From Camelus ferus (lineage: Eukaryota): DNA of 64,000 nucleotides. Positions 11,688 to 24,643 of the stretch are shown one piece after another. Location: assembly GCF_009834535.1 (NCBI RefSeq), contig NC_045698.1, forward strand, positions 6,388,001 to 6,452,000, read 5' to 3'. The notes beneath the pieces were generated by a model that had not been told where the DNA came from, did no database searches, and saw nothing but the letters and a program-made list of their open reading frames with translations. The position numbers and the translations under genes were made by a program. The first letter of the stretch is position 1. The number at the start of each line of letters is the position of its first letter.

Positions 11688-14206
11688 CTGGAAGCAAATG
11701 AGGAGAAAGGAGAAGGCAGGTCAGAGAGCACCCCCGGGGACCATGGTCCTCCTCGCAGACCCTGGGATGCAGAGGAAATGCCTTCTAGGGGAAGACTCGA
11801 GATCGGTCTCCTGACCACCCCCAGGATAAAGCTGATAAAGCTGAAGCCAATGAGTGGTGTCCCCTGTGGCTTCTTCATATGGGAACAAACACTTTGGGAT
11901 AGAAACAAGGGTACTTAGTGGTTATGACACTTGTAATCTTGCCGGATGGGATTAATTCACCCAGCCACGTCGGGAGTGACGAAGGATTTTGAAGAGCTCT
12001 ATGTCATGCCTTTAAAATTCCTGGAGGGAAAAAACGTTCTCCTCCAGCAGAGGGGCTCTCATCACGAGTCTAGCACAGCTCCTTTCCCACGCACTTGCCC
12101 GGTTACTGCAGCGGGCAGTGGGGAACGAGGCTGCTACCTCTAATTTTTTTAAGCCCAAGATAGTTGCCATTGTTTGTTATCCTTTAAAAGAATAATTGAC
12201 TTAAAGTATTTTGCAAGAAATGCCTGTCAGAGACCCTTTGTACGTATATATTTTTCAATTTACAAAGCATTTTAAATTCAAAGGGTCAGGGAGAAACATC
12301 TGGTGCAGCACTGACCTAGGAGAACTTGAAGCCATGGTTGGGAATTCCAGCTGTGCAGAACTGAAGGCTGGGAATGAGGCGCTGTCAGCGTCTGCTGCCC
12401 TATTACTAAGGCATGGAAACAGCTATACATGTTTTTTTGTTAAAGAAATCTGCGTTTTGAGCTCAGCTACGGTTTCAAAATTTCATGTTAATACTCTAAG
12501 CCAATGTTATATCTACTCATCAATTGTTTTTTCCTGAATCAAAGGAAAAGTCAAGAAACTCCAAAATGGAAATGGCTGCCTTATACTTGTCAGAGAAACA
12601 CTGAATAGGCAGGTGGTAGACACCATTCTAAAGGCTTTGCAAACTCCAGTTCACTCGGTCTTCGTAAGGTAAGGAAATTCACTGATGAGGAAAGTGGGAC
12701 CCAGACCCACCTGCCCCGAGTCACCCAGCCACTCAATGGGGGAATTGGACTTCAACCCCAGGTGGGCTGGCTCTGAAGAGGAACCTTTTGAATTTGTCTC
12801 GGTGACAGTTCTGTCTGGACAATATTTAAAAACACCCCCATGGGCAGGTAAGAGCCTTGAGAGCAGGGACGCGTTCTCCTTCTAGAAGCTGGAGCACAGA
12901 GAAGAGGGTTTGGCGAGGAGCACTGTTACCCCCACTGCTGGTGAGTAAAGTGATAAACGAATAATATGAACTTATTCATACTGTGAATTTTCCATTTTTT
13001 TACATTATTCTCAGAAGAGAAAAACACAGGAAGTCAAAAAGTATAAGGAAGAATTAGCCTTCGGACACGTGCCTGGACTTGAGTAAGAGCTAGACGATTC
13101 TGTCTGAGCAACAGTGACCGGCGAGATGTACAGGGGGGCTTCTTCCCCGGGACCAGGTGACCACACCTTGGTCCTGGCTTGGTGACAGTCCAGGGGGAGC
13201 ATTACATACTAACAAGCTAGAACAATGAACTTTATCCCCATCTCCCAGTGCAAAGGGATAAACCAAACCTATGAGCATCAGCACCAGAAAGCTTAGCTGG
13301 GGCATTTTCAGCTGTCAAGTCAGAGGCAGGTCATAACTGGGACCTTGGACTGTCATTCTTTCAATTTGGAGCAAGTCTTGTCAAGAACACAACCACTCCT
13401 GGGACGGTAAGAGTAAGGCTGAGACACAACGGGGAGCAGAGGCGGGAGGTGTTTTGGGTTTAGAGATAGATATATCAGAAAGTTGTTCCCAAGACCTAGT
13501 GAGAATAAGGATTTGAGAGAGAGGGAAGCTCCAGCAATCCTGCTTCTGCTGGTACAGACGCTCTATGTTGGGTGATTTCCAGCACAATGGGCACTTGTAA
13601 CACTAAACAAATAGTCTGCAAAAGTCTGCAACTTATTTTTGTGAGTATCTAAATTGACCATTCACCCTCTCAGAATGGCCCAGACACAGAACTTTTGTAA
13701 CTTTTCAAATTGTCTGACTTTGCCCGGAGATGGGGGAATGAACAGCTAAGCTAGCCAAGCTCCCATTGTGTGTAAAATTGGTGTTAGCTGAGCCACTGAA
13801 CATTCATCTTGTGCAGCCCACACTATTTCTTCAACAAGGTTTGGGAAAGCAAATCAACTTCAGAAACAATAAATTGATTGTTTTTTAAAGAAACTTACCT
13901 AGAGAGAAAATAAGCTCTGGGGTTGAAAACCAGGTTTACAGTAAAGATTGTCGTGTGGGGTCGGGGTGGGCAGGGAGCCATCCATTTAGTCTTTTCTTTC
14001 TAACTTCACATCAGAAAGAAGACTCCTCATGGAGTGAACGTTATTATCAGGGGAATATTAACACTTAAGCTCAGCAGTGGGAAGAGTAACAGGGAAGTAA
14101 GATGCAGATAAAGTGACTCTTTGGAAATGCAATTCACGGGCAGGCTTCTGATGCAGGAGAGACGAAAGAGTAAGTTAACAAGACTTGAGAAGCAGAGGAG
14201 ACATCA

Positions 14207-14322
14207 TAGGGTGACTGACGGTCCCGGTTCACCCAGGACTGAGAGGTTTCCTGGGATGCAGGGCTCTTTGTAGGGCTAAAACCTGGGCACTCTGGGACAA
14301 ACCAGGATGGCTGGTCATCCCA
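14207..14322. mobile_element. hAT-Blackjack MITE (MER81/MER94-like)
   Basis: Imperfect terminal inverted repeats tagggtgactgacggtcccggtt ... aaccaggatggctggtcatccca. Confidence 0.75.
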
Positions 14323-15204
14323 TCCACTTTATCAGCACTTGCAACCCATCCTGATTCAGATCCTTTACTTTGGATACAAATATCTGGCTTTTGTCCAAAC
14401 CGTTAGGTCACCAGATGAGAGCTCTCAAAGGTGATGCAAAGCAGAACCCACGCGGCACCACCCACACCATTCCCACAGCCAGCGCTGAAGCAAGTGGAGC
14501 TCAGGGTCCCCGAGCATCAGGGCCACCTGTGATTCCGGGGGCCGGAGTGTGATCATGTTGAGTCTTAGCACAGCACATCAGCTAGGAAGGGAAGTTAACT
14601 GTGGGGTCATGCTACCTTCCGCCAGACAGAGTGAACCGAAGTCAGGAAACTTCATACACTTGGCCTAGCCCAGAGAGTGTCAGCTGGGAAGATAGGAGTT
14701 TTTCCCCACAAGAAACAAAATACTATACTATTTTTTCCAAAAATATTTTAAAAGTAGAATCGTCATTTTAGAAATGCCTGAGTTAGCATCTTCTAGAACC
14801 ATGGCTTGCAGTGTAGCTGTGGGAACGTGAGAATGTGTATTTCATACATGAGCAGGGGATCAGGGGAGAGTTACATTATCTCAAAGATCAGACTCCCCTG
14901 GCGATGCTGCTGCTTTCATGATGCGAAGATGCATGACTTGTGTATAGAAAAAAAAAAAAAAAAAGACATCTAATAGGTTCCAGCATTTCAAAAAATGCCC
15001 AGAGCACACTCACTGGCAAATCAGGAAGGAAGAATTCACAGAGGATAATTTGATGTGGCCATTACATAAGGATCGATCAAAACTTTTTGATAAGCTTAGT
15101 TTTCCTAACACCAGTCTTAGAAATCACATCACTTTTTGTAACATTTAATTCAGACTCAAAATCTGTTTTGGATGTTAGTCCAGCAAAATAAAAGAGATGA
15201 CTTT

Positions 15205-15332
15205 AAAAAAAATTTTTTTGGGGGGTGAGGTAGTTAGGTTTATTGATTTATTGAATGGAGGTACAGGGGATTGAACCTAGGACCTGGTGCATGCTAGGCA
15301 TGCGCTCTACCCCCGAGCTATACCCTCCCTGC
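15205..15332 (-). mobile_element. tRNA-derived SINE (camelid vic-1-like)
   Basis: Reverse complement gggagggtatagctcgggggtagagcgcatgcctagcatgcaccaggtcctaggttcaatcccc has Pol III A/B boxes and a aataaacctaactacctc tail. 14-bp TSD aaagagatgacttt (15191-15204) / aaagagataacttt (15333-15346). Confidence 0.9.
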
Positions 15333-15438
15333 AAAGAGATAACTTTTAAAGCAACCTATAAACCTCAAAGGTCAGAGAAGAGTAGATTCATTCGAACAGA
15401 GCAGAAGAGCTGGGAAGAAATGATTTCCAGTTACGTAC

Positions 15439-15724
15439 ACATTGGTGGTAAAGATGCCATAGATCAAATCCAGCTCGGGCAAGAAGAAAGTGCCCTGCAG
15501 TTCGTTGTAGTAGAAAGGGACCTCCCCGGGGCGCGAGCAGTTGAGCCGGGCCTTCATGAACGTGGTCCACGTGTCCTCCAGCAGGAACCGGCCCCCGATG
15601 TCGTTCTTGCACACGCGGGCGGCTCGGGAGAACACAGTCTTCCCACAGTCATGCTCCACGGCGTTTTCTCGGAAGAAGAAGTAGGTGAAGTTGCCGATGT
15701 CGTAGGATGACACAAAGTTGGGTT
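15439..15724 (-). CDS. SEMA5A: SEMA5A coding exon (286 nt; ~exon 9), EPNFVSSYDIGNF...YGIFTTNV
   Basis: ORF 15372..15734 contains the hallmark motifs YFFFRE, RVCKNDIGG and WTTFMKARLNCS. Acceptor ...ttctag|, donor GT|gtacgt, phase 1/2. Confidence 0.98.
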
Positions 15725-18305
15725 CTAGAAACAACAGGAAAGGAGAAGAGTCTCAACACCCACTTGCTACTCCTTGGGGTCTTGCCTGATCAGTGTTTCT
15801 TCCGAACAGACTGTGCGAAGGAAACCTGACTCTCAAAGAACGAACGAGAGGCCTGATGAGTGACTTCACGATCCCGGCCACGGGGTGGAAAGCAGCACAC
15901 CAGTTCTAAGCGACAGGACATCACCAGCGTGATGCCGCACAGAAGCATCCTGAGCTACTACTGCAGCCCTTAGGTCCACGCCATTAATACCATCAAACAT
16001 GGACAGCAAAAGTCTGCAATAGACATTAAAGCCATATATAGCACTTGATCTGTATATTCTTTCAAAACCTTCAGAAAGAGAGGGAGCAAATGAGATTAAA
16101 AACGTGAAATGTGACTGTGATTCAGAACATAGGAGTCTAGTACCATGTTTGTTTGCGTAGAAAACAACAAAATTCTTTGATTTTACTTAGATCCGTGAGC
16201 ACGACTTTGACACCATTTATGTGCTTTTAGTACGGGCTTTAAAAATGTTTTTCATTTGTGCAGACTGAAACAAGAGCTGAAACTCTAAACTGAGTGTTCT
16301 GTATTAGCTTTAGCAATGCCTGTTACTATGGTGACCACATAAATGTGATGATCAACTCTTATTTTCTCATTTCTTGGTTTCTGGGGAATCCATTTAGAGG
16401 AGAGAATTGTATTGAGAAGGACTCATTGCCTGGAAGGTTTCTGGTTTCATGATTAGATTAACTAGGGACTTAGAAATGACAAAATTGTGGCAAACCTTTA
16501 CTTAATCACCAAGCTCATTAGGAATTCAGGAATTTGTTATGGATTTTCAACTGAATTTCATATACAGCATTGTAAGTGTTCTCTTCATAATTTCCCATTT
16601 GAGTCTATGGATGATAAAGGTGACCCCCTTTCAGACACAGATGTGCCCTAATACTTACCCTTAAAAACTCTAATAACTACGTTTGATTCTTACTCTTTTC
16701 TCTATTGCTAAGAGTTTTCCATTCAGTGAGCAAGTGTCTTCATTTTATGGCGCAATTAGGGTAATAGGACAATAACCTTTGATGTTCAAAATTAACGGAA
16801 AGACATGCACAACAACTGTATCCACAAGGACACATTTCAGGGACGATTAGTTCTGGGAGACTATTCACTTGGCCTTGTGCTTTGCCAGATCCAGTCAGGT
16901 TGTGCCCATAGCCACGTTATTAGCAGGACAACTGAAAATATGTTTGGTACAAGATGACCCATTAATGTGAAGCATAAGACCCCCCACAGGCTCACCTAAG
17001 CTCTGAAACACGGACGCTGATTCAGAGGCTGACGCGGAGGTGGCACTGACGACTACTCTGTCCAGGAAGGCTGTTGCCAGTTTTCAACCAAATTCAATGG
17101 AATTTCGATCAATATTTGATGTCACCACAAAATGTTTCAATTTATCTTAACTTCACACTCTAAAAATGTGACAAATATTCTACACTGCACATGTAACGTG
17201 TTCTTCTCCACAGTCCATGACATTGTTCTTAAGTCACTGAGGTACATTAATAGAGAGTTAAGTAAGAACTGATTTTAATTTATAAACTGCCAAACATAGT
17301 GTTTGATCACTTGCTTTAACTTGAAACGGATATTAAGGAAAAAAAGCCCTGGATTGCATTAAAATGTATGAGATGAAAGTTAGAAATATTTACTATTCAG
17401 TATGTTCTAATATCCTGGAAAGATGCTCCAGAAAACAGGAGGTCACACATCTCTGAGCTGTGTTTTGGGGAATGTAAAGCAAAACGGGGTATTTTTGAAT
17501 CTGTGTTCACTGTGAGTCTCCCAAAGAGACTTATTCACTGAAGCAGACCCCAAAAGCAATGATATGAAACAATGACAAAACTACATTTGTTTCTACAGAT
17601 AATATCCGCCTGCAGGTCTAATTCTGAAGAGAAGACAGAATCATTTTAGAATAGGTCCTGCATCCAGCTTCACATACCCAGACTAGTTTGATCATTGTAC
17701 TGAAAACAAAAAACCATCATCACCATCATCCAAACAACAACACACCTCATCTAAAATGAGGAAAACAGGACAGAAGATGCAGGACAGGTGTGTCTGCTAC
17801 AGCTCCCGACACACCCGGATGAGAGGTGAGGCAGCGTCCACAAGGTTTATCAAGCACCCTCATGACTACCCACGTCTGCTCTAGCTTGGGGACAAACAGC
17901 ATGAAAACCACATCGTGAGTGTCTCTAGGATCTCGGAGGTCATGAGCAGGAAGCGAGGCGCTGCAAAGGTAGAGATCTGCTGATGTCTTCCAGCTCAAGA
18001 CCGATCTATAGTTGCACATCTCTCTGGAGTGCTACTAATAGTGTGGTGTGAGGCCCCACGCCACATGCTTCCCATCCACACGTTCACTGAACCCACGGGA
18101 ATCACAGAGGGAGGCGCGGTGTTACTCCTCCTGTTTCATAGATGAAGATGCGGAAGCCCAGAGGTTGAGGAATCTGTCTACGTTCACACAACTAGCGATG
18201 GGAGTGAGTTATGTCCTGATTCCAGTCTGACCTCAGAGCCTGTACACTCGCACCATTACACAACACTAAAGAAATCAGTAAACAACATTCAAGAATAGGA
18301 CTTGG

Positions 18306-18620
18306 TGGCGGAGGCTAGAGCTCAGGGGTAGATCACATGCTTAGCATGCACAGGGTCCTGGGTTCAATCCCTAGCATGGCCATTTAAATAAGTAAGTAAA
18401 TAAACCTAATTGCTACCCGCCAAAAAATGGGAGAGGATATAGCTCAATGGTAGAATGTCTGCTTAGCATGCATAAGGTCTTGGGTTCAATCTCTAGTATC
18501 TCTATTAAAAAATAATAGTAATGATTTTTTAAATAAATAAATAAACCTAATTACCTCGCCCTAAAACAAAAACAAGCAGAAAAGCAAAAAGCAGCAGCAA
18601 CAACAAAACTAAGTTAAAAA
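18306..18620 (+). mobile_element. Two head-to-tail vic-1-like SINE copies
   Basis: Two units of agctca..ggtag...cttagcatgca...gggttcaatc...aataaacctaatt starting at ~18306 and ~18429, followed by an A-rich tail. Confidence 0.88.
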
Positions 18621-21600
18621 ACAAAACTAGACTTGGGATTCTGGGCAACGCTTTGGAAACCAACATGGTGAGCGAGGTTTACTCGGGACCTAGATGAGGA
18701 GGCTCTGAGGACAGACAAGAGGGGAAGACAGATGCCCAGATGAATCTTTTCCTTCCGGCTATTAGAGACATCAGGGATGCCACAGAAAGAGAGAGTGGGA
18801 GGAAAAAGGCAACAATCCAAGGGCTTATTAGACAAGAATATTGTCAGGAGGCGTCCGTCCCAACTTCAGAGATGACGCTTCCAACGGTGCCCACCAGAGC
18901 TAGCGGCTCAAGGGTCCCCACCCCGTGCCTACAGCCTGGTCCACGGACCAGTCTCCCTCAGATTTCTCATGTGGGGGGTACTGAGTAATGTCAAGCAGAC
19001 TGGCCCACAGTTTGCTCCATCCACAGAGAGCCTCCAACATCTCTCCAAACCACTTTTATGATAGGTTGACATAGAGCTTTTTAGCTTTCTAGAAATGCTC
19101 AAATGTATTTTTTTTTTTTTTTAGCTTTTTAGCTTTCCAGAAATGCTCAAATACACTTTTCCCCCACTGGGAAAACAAGGGAAGAATCTGTGCCCAGCAT
19201 ATCGTATATGTGTGACTCTAACTCACCATGTATTGCAGGCTATTTTAGTTGGGGAGCTAAACGACACTTGGAAACACACCCTACAGCCTCACAGAGGTCC
19301 TGCAGGATGACGATGGGCCCTGACTGTGTGACCTGCTGTCACACCAGGAAGCTCCAGAGCCTTCTGAACCTCAGCCAGCATCCTGTTCCTTTTCCAAAGA
19401 GGTCAAAAGCGGGAATAATTGTTAAATAGATGGCCAAGGAGCTATTCCATCCATAGCTAGGTAGGGGGTGTTCGAACCTCACCAGGCAGGATAATAAGAT
19501 GCATAGGGTTTCCCTTCCATTATTTAAGCTCTGTTAAAATGCAGTCCATCACAAGCTAGTATTTGTCACTCCTGAGTGAACTGAACAAGTCATAAGTCAG
19601 TGGCCTTCTTGCCCACAATGAATGTGAGTGTGTGAGAGAGAGATCCCTCGTTCATTATTGTTAGAGCTACAAATGAATAGAAGGTACTGCTAATTCAGAA
19701 TAAAAACAGACATGAGAACACATCAAGCTTATTATAAACCTATGACGGAGAAGCTGTTTTTTCCTTATGTTGGTAAAACACACTGAGTTATAGATTACAG
19801 AGGATTCTACAAAATGTGTCTTGTTATAAGAATTACGTTTCATGATACAAAAACTTTTATTTTGCATGTTTACCTACATTAATGGTGACCATGAAGACGG
19901 GAGTACTGTGAAAGGACCCATGATATAAATAAACGTGCCTAATGAGAAGAACGAAAGTATCTGCATTTTTGAGAAGATTTTGACCTTGGAAAACCAAACA
20001 CTGAGCTTCCGGATGGACCACCCACTCCCTCGTCTTCCTCTTCCTACTGCGTCAGTCTATGTTCAACGGTTCAATCTCATGATTGACCAGACCACTGAAG
20101 AGAAATATCTGTCTAAATTGATGAGAACGGACATCAAAGACAGAAAGGAATTCTAATTTTCCAACTTTACAAAAAATCTTACTTAGAATCAAAATCTATC
20201 ATAAGTTTTTTTTTTTTTTTTTGCAACCAAAGGACACCTTGAGATACCCTTGCTGAAGGCAGACTGGAAGACGGCGGGGGTAGAGCTTGTGTGGGATGTG
20301 GCTCTGCCTAGTCCAGCTTGAAGCCCCGGGCTGGACCACTCAGACCCAGAATACACCTTCATCCTGTAGGACAACTCGGTGCACAAAAGACCTGCTTTGC
20401 TGTGAGGATTAGAGAGACCTGCACAAGGTGCACCCCAATAAAGGAGGACTGTAAGTTTTATTTCATGATTTACTTTGATTTCCCTTTTAATAATTTATAT
20501 TTAGTAGAAATTCACATGATAATGAACACTCAAACATGCATATATTAAAAGCTGAAAGGTGATCAAAAGGTGATCAAACAGCCAGACATTTCACAAATAA
20601 GGAGTTCATGGATACAGTCCTTAGACACGACACTCAGTGAGTCAGAGGGCTTCAGTTTCCTAGTTTATTGATGTCAGTCACCATCAGGACCATCTCTGTG
20701 TGTATTCCTAGATTTCAGACCCTCCTTACTGCACACGTTGTTTTGGCGATATGAAAATGTGCTGCAGAGGGTTCCAAAGTTAAGCTAATTTCATTTAGGT
20801 ATTTATTAAGAATGGGTAAATTAAAGTACAATTAAATGAAGTAAAAAGTGGCTTAAGAGCCATTAATGTACTGAAGTTTGTTCCCTACGATTTCTAATAA
20901 AAGATAAAAGGTAGATGATAGATACAAAGATAAGCAGACAGACAGACAGATGGATGGACATACGTGTGTGTGATGTACATACGTCTGGTATTGAGGTCTA
21001 TGTATATATGGCTCAATACTTCCATCTACTGGCTGTATGAACTTAGTCAATTGTTTACCAGCACACACTCTCAGTTTCCTCCTTTCAAAGTGGTGATGAC
21101 AACACCCAGTATTCAGTATCGCGGTAAGAGTCGACGGCAGTGAATGCAAGTGCCTGCCACTTGGCTGCTAATCATCAAAACATAGATCCCTCTTGATTCA
21201 CATATGTAAATTAGTCTATAAATAGCAAATATATAAATTAATAATAAATGTATAAATTAGTACAAATGCACCTGTTGGTAAACAGGTCATCAGTATTTCT
21301 TTAACAAGCTAATCCATTACCTCTGCGTTCTGTATATCAGATTAGAGTCTATGTTCCTTTCAGTGGGTCTGGAACCAAACACAGTGGAGGGTCCGTGTTA
21401 GAGACGAAGGCTTTAATGCTGGCCAGGGTCCTCTCCATCGTCAGGGACTGACTGATCACCTGCTGCGGGGACTGTCCTGGGCCCTGGGGATCCCACAGCC
21501 CACACCCTCAAGGCCAGTGTGAGGAATCAAACACGACACAGACCAACAAGTAATCGCAGTGATGATGAGGACAATGGGGGCCAAGGACAGCAAGGAGAAG

Positions 21601-22220
21601 TCAAGAATCAGAAAGGAGGGGCTCTGGGGAAGGACAGATGTGGGGTTGGAAGGGGCCCCAGGCCAAGCATGGGACAGAGAGAGTGGCCTGAGACTGCTAA
21701 TGCCGAGACTCTAATGTTGGCCAGGGGAGGTGTGACGCTAGTCTGGGCACAAAGGGATCAAAGGGACAGGTGGTTGGTTGAAGGCCAGGCCAGGGCAGCA
21801 ATTCATAGTGAGGAATTTGGAGTTCAACTGCCACTGGAGAGACACTGAGAGCTTTAAAGACAAGCGTATGACCCAGATTCCCATGTGTGTGCACGGAGGT
21901 CGTGGTGGCCAGGTGAGGCTGGGGGTGGGACTGGCCCAGTGTGTCCTCACTGACACAGCAACACGGGCCCTGCAGCCCAGGCCCTTCCCTTACTGAACAG
22001 CTGGCAGAAGGAAAGTCACAGCTAAAACACAGCAGGAGGACTAGACGTGGGGTCCCAGCAGCCGCATGTGGTTCCTTCCTTCTTCATGGGAATGTGCCCT
22101 GTTTAAAGCATGTGATTTACATGAAGTTGCTGATTCAAACAGGAGCAACTTGTACCACGTGGGCACAGACTGTGTCCTCCTGAATGAGAACTGCCACCTG
22201 TACATGAGCATGAAACCCTA

Positions 22221-22358
22221 GGCGGGAAGGGTATATAGCTCAGGGGTAGAGCGCACGCTCAGCACCCAAGAGATCCCGGGTTCAATCCCCCGTAACTCCT
22301 CCAAGCAGAAATCAATGAAGACACCTAATTACCTCCCCTCAGAAAAGGAACAATACAA
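22221..22358 (+). mobile_element. vic-1-like SINE
   Basis: gggtatatagctcaggggtagagcgc...gggttcaatcccc...cctaattacctcccc. Confidence 0.87.
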
Positions 22359-24579
22359 GCGAACAGGAAACTCACAGCCCAAAGTCTTCACCTCGGATTC
22401 TCCTCTCTCTGTGTCTACAGGAGCTCCATTAACTGGCTGTCTGTCTGCCTGTTCGAGCTCATAGGGACAGAGAGACAGCCTTCCCGAGTCTGCTCCCTCT
22501 CCATCCCAGGCACACAGCCTCTGGCAGCCTTGCCGATCTCCTGTAAGGTTCTACCAAGTCACACCCTCCTAGGCTCGATTAGTGACAAGTAATTTCAGGC
22601 CTATGTATTTCCGAACATTTTCAAAGCAGAAAGTTTCTACTGACCATGTTCATTTTTTCCTGATTATATTTTAAAGGTATAGGTTCACTTCTTTTAGGAA
22701 CCAGTCATTTAACCTGCAGAATCCTAAAACTTAGGAGTTTTCTTAATTGGATTAGTAACTTTAATTCAAAGATCTTGGAACTACTTTAATGCCTATAAAA
22801 TAGTTTTAAAGACTAAGACGAGACCATGTAAGACTTAATTGAAAAAAGATACTGGACTCCAACATTATGCAGTTAGAATAAGCAAACGTATGTGAGGGCT
22901 CGGTCTTTGTCTCTTGAGCTGATCTGGGCCAGGGCAAGACAGAAGACGAAAATACCGAGGAATGACACTATCCAAGCATGCAGCAGTGAACGGAAAATTG
23001 TGAGAGGCCACTGGCTGAAGGAAAACAAAGAGTTTAATAGAGTAATACGGAGACAACTTTGCTGAAACACAGAGAAGTGAGTATCTTATAAACAAGATGA
23101 CAATATGATTTATGGTCCAAACTGGAAAACCTTTGAGAGGCAAAGGCAGCAATGTTAATTATCATGCCAGTTGCCAGGAGTGATCCAGGACTGTTACCAG
23201 GGAAGTGCTATGATATCTGGATAATGAACATGAAACTGTTCCCTGAGTGGTTACGTAACCACAGCAAATTTCTACATAATACGTTGTATTCTCAATAAGG
23301 GGGCATATCTTCTTTGTGTGGATTTTTTTTATTTTGGATGCAGGTCTCCATATGATTTAGTGTATACAGTTGGTACCTTTGGCTTCATAATATCTTGGTG
23401 GGGGAAGGAAGGGTGGATTCACTTGTTCTCTGTTGAGATATGCAAACTGAAAGTCCAAACGACTTATTGGCAAGTATAGAGCCTTCACCACAAGACTGAA
23501 GGGATTTTGTGTCTAGCTAACTTTCAGGAACTTAGCACTCAATGACCAGGACAGAACTCAACACTATTTTCCAAGAGCACCACAAGAATCGATCCCTTCC
23601 TGCTCCCTACCAAACGTGTCTGCCCACAAAGGGCAGAGTTAAATAACCCCATAAGCTCTTCTGCTTTGGGTTTAACCACCCAGGTCATTCCACCTCCTTT
23701 GTCGAGCTTTCACCAATCCAGAAAACACCCACCACCTTTTCCCAAGTTGCCATATCCATCTTCCAAGGCAACATGTGCATAAAAGTGTGGACATCAGGAG
23801 ACAGATGGAAGCAGCTTATGAAGTCGCTATTTCCGAAGATGTTGGCTAAACAAAGGGGATGCTGGGAGCCCGTAGGAGGGGAAGGATCTGTTCACAAATC
23901 CTAGCTCGTGTACGCATCAGCTGTGCGGCCCTGTTCAGGTGGCTGATCCCTCTGACCACAGTCTGCTCATCTGTAAATGAGGACAATGTCATCTCCTTTG
24001 GACAGCTGTGCAGAGGATTCCAGATGACACATATGTGGAGTCTCCCATCTCCCTGGAAAGTTGTAAACAGCCACCATGACTCCTCCTTGCACCAGGAGTA
24101 ACTGGAGGGACCAGAGACTCCAATGTGAGCACGGACCGGCAGATGGCAGGCAGGGAAGCCATTTATGTAAGCTCTTTCCTGATCCTATAAAGATCATTGG
24201 GTTACAACACAGTTTCCAAAATACATCCGTCCCCCAGAAGACAGACAATTCTGCCCAGTGCCCTCTGTCTGATAGGCTTGATCAAGCCCGAGAATGAGAA
24301 AAGGGCAGCTTGTCATGTCGGGTCGCACATCACACAACTTTGCTCCCATGCTCCAAGTCCGTGTCCCATCACTCGGGCAGATTTAAAGTTCCTGAGTCAG
24401 CTGTCAGGGTGCAGCCCCTCAGCTGCAGCACAGAGTCCACTGATCCCAGTGATACCTCTCTGTGAGCATCTCCTCAGATGCTGGCTGATAAAATGCAAAA
24501 CGAGGCTGCTGAATGTGCAGTCCTGACTTCAGTCCCGGTGTTACTGAGCTTCTTTCCCTTGATAAACATTTAGATTTCC

Positions 24580-24581
<2 letters not shown>

Positions 24582-24621
<40 letters not shown>

Positions 24622-24643
24622 TATATGTATGTATGTATGTATG
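24582..24643. repeat. (TA)n/(TATG)n microsatellite
   Basis: Read directly from the sequence. Confidence 0.9.

Noticed and set aside
15255..15330. tRNA-Ala-like sequences (also near 18310, 18430, 22225, 37815, 39495) as tRNA genes
   Set aside because: Divergent copies with a shared non-tRNA tail, A-rich ends and TSDs. They are SINEs.
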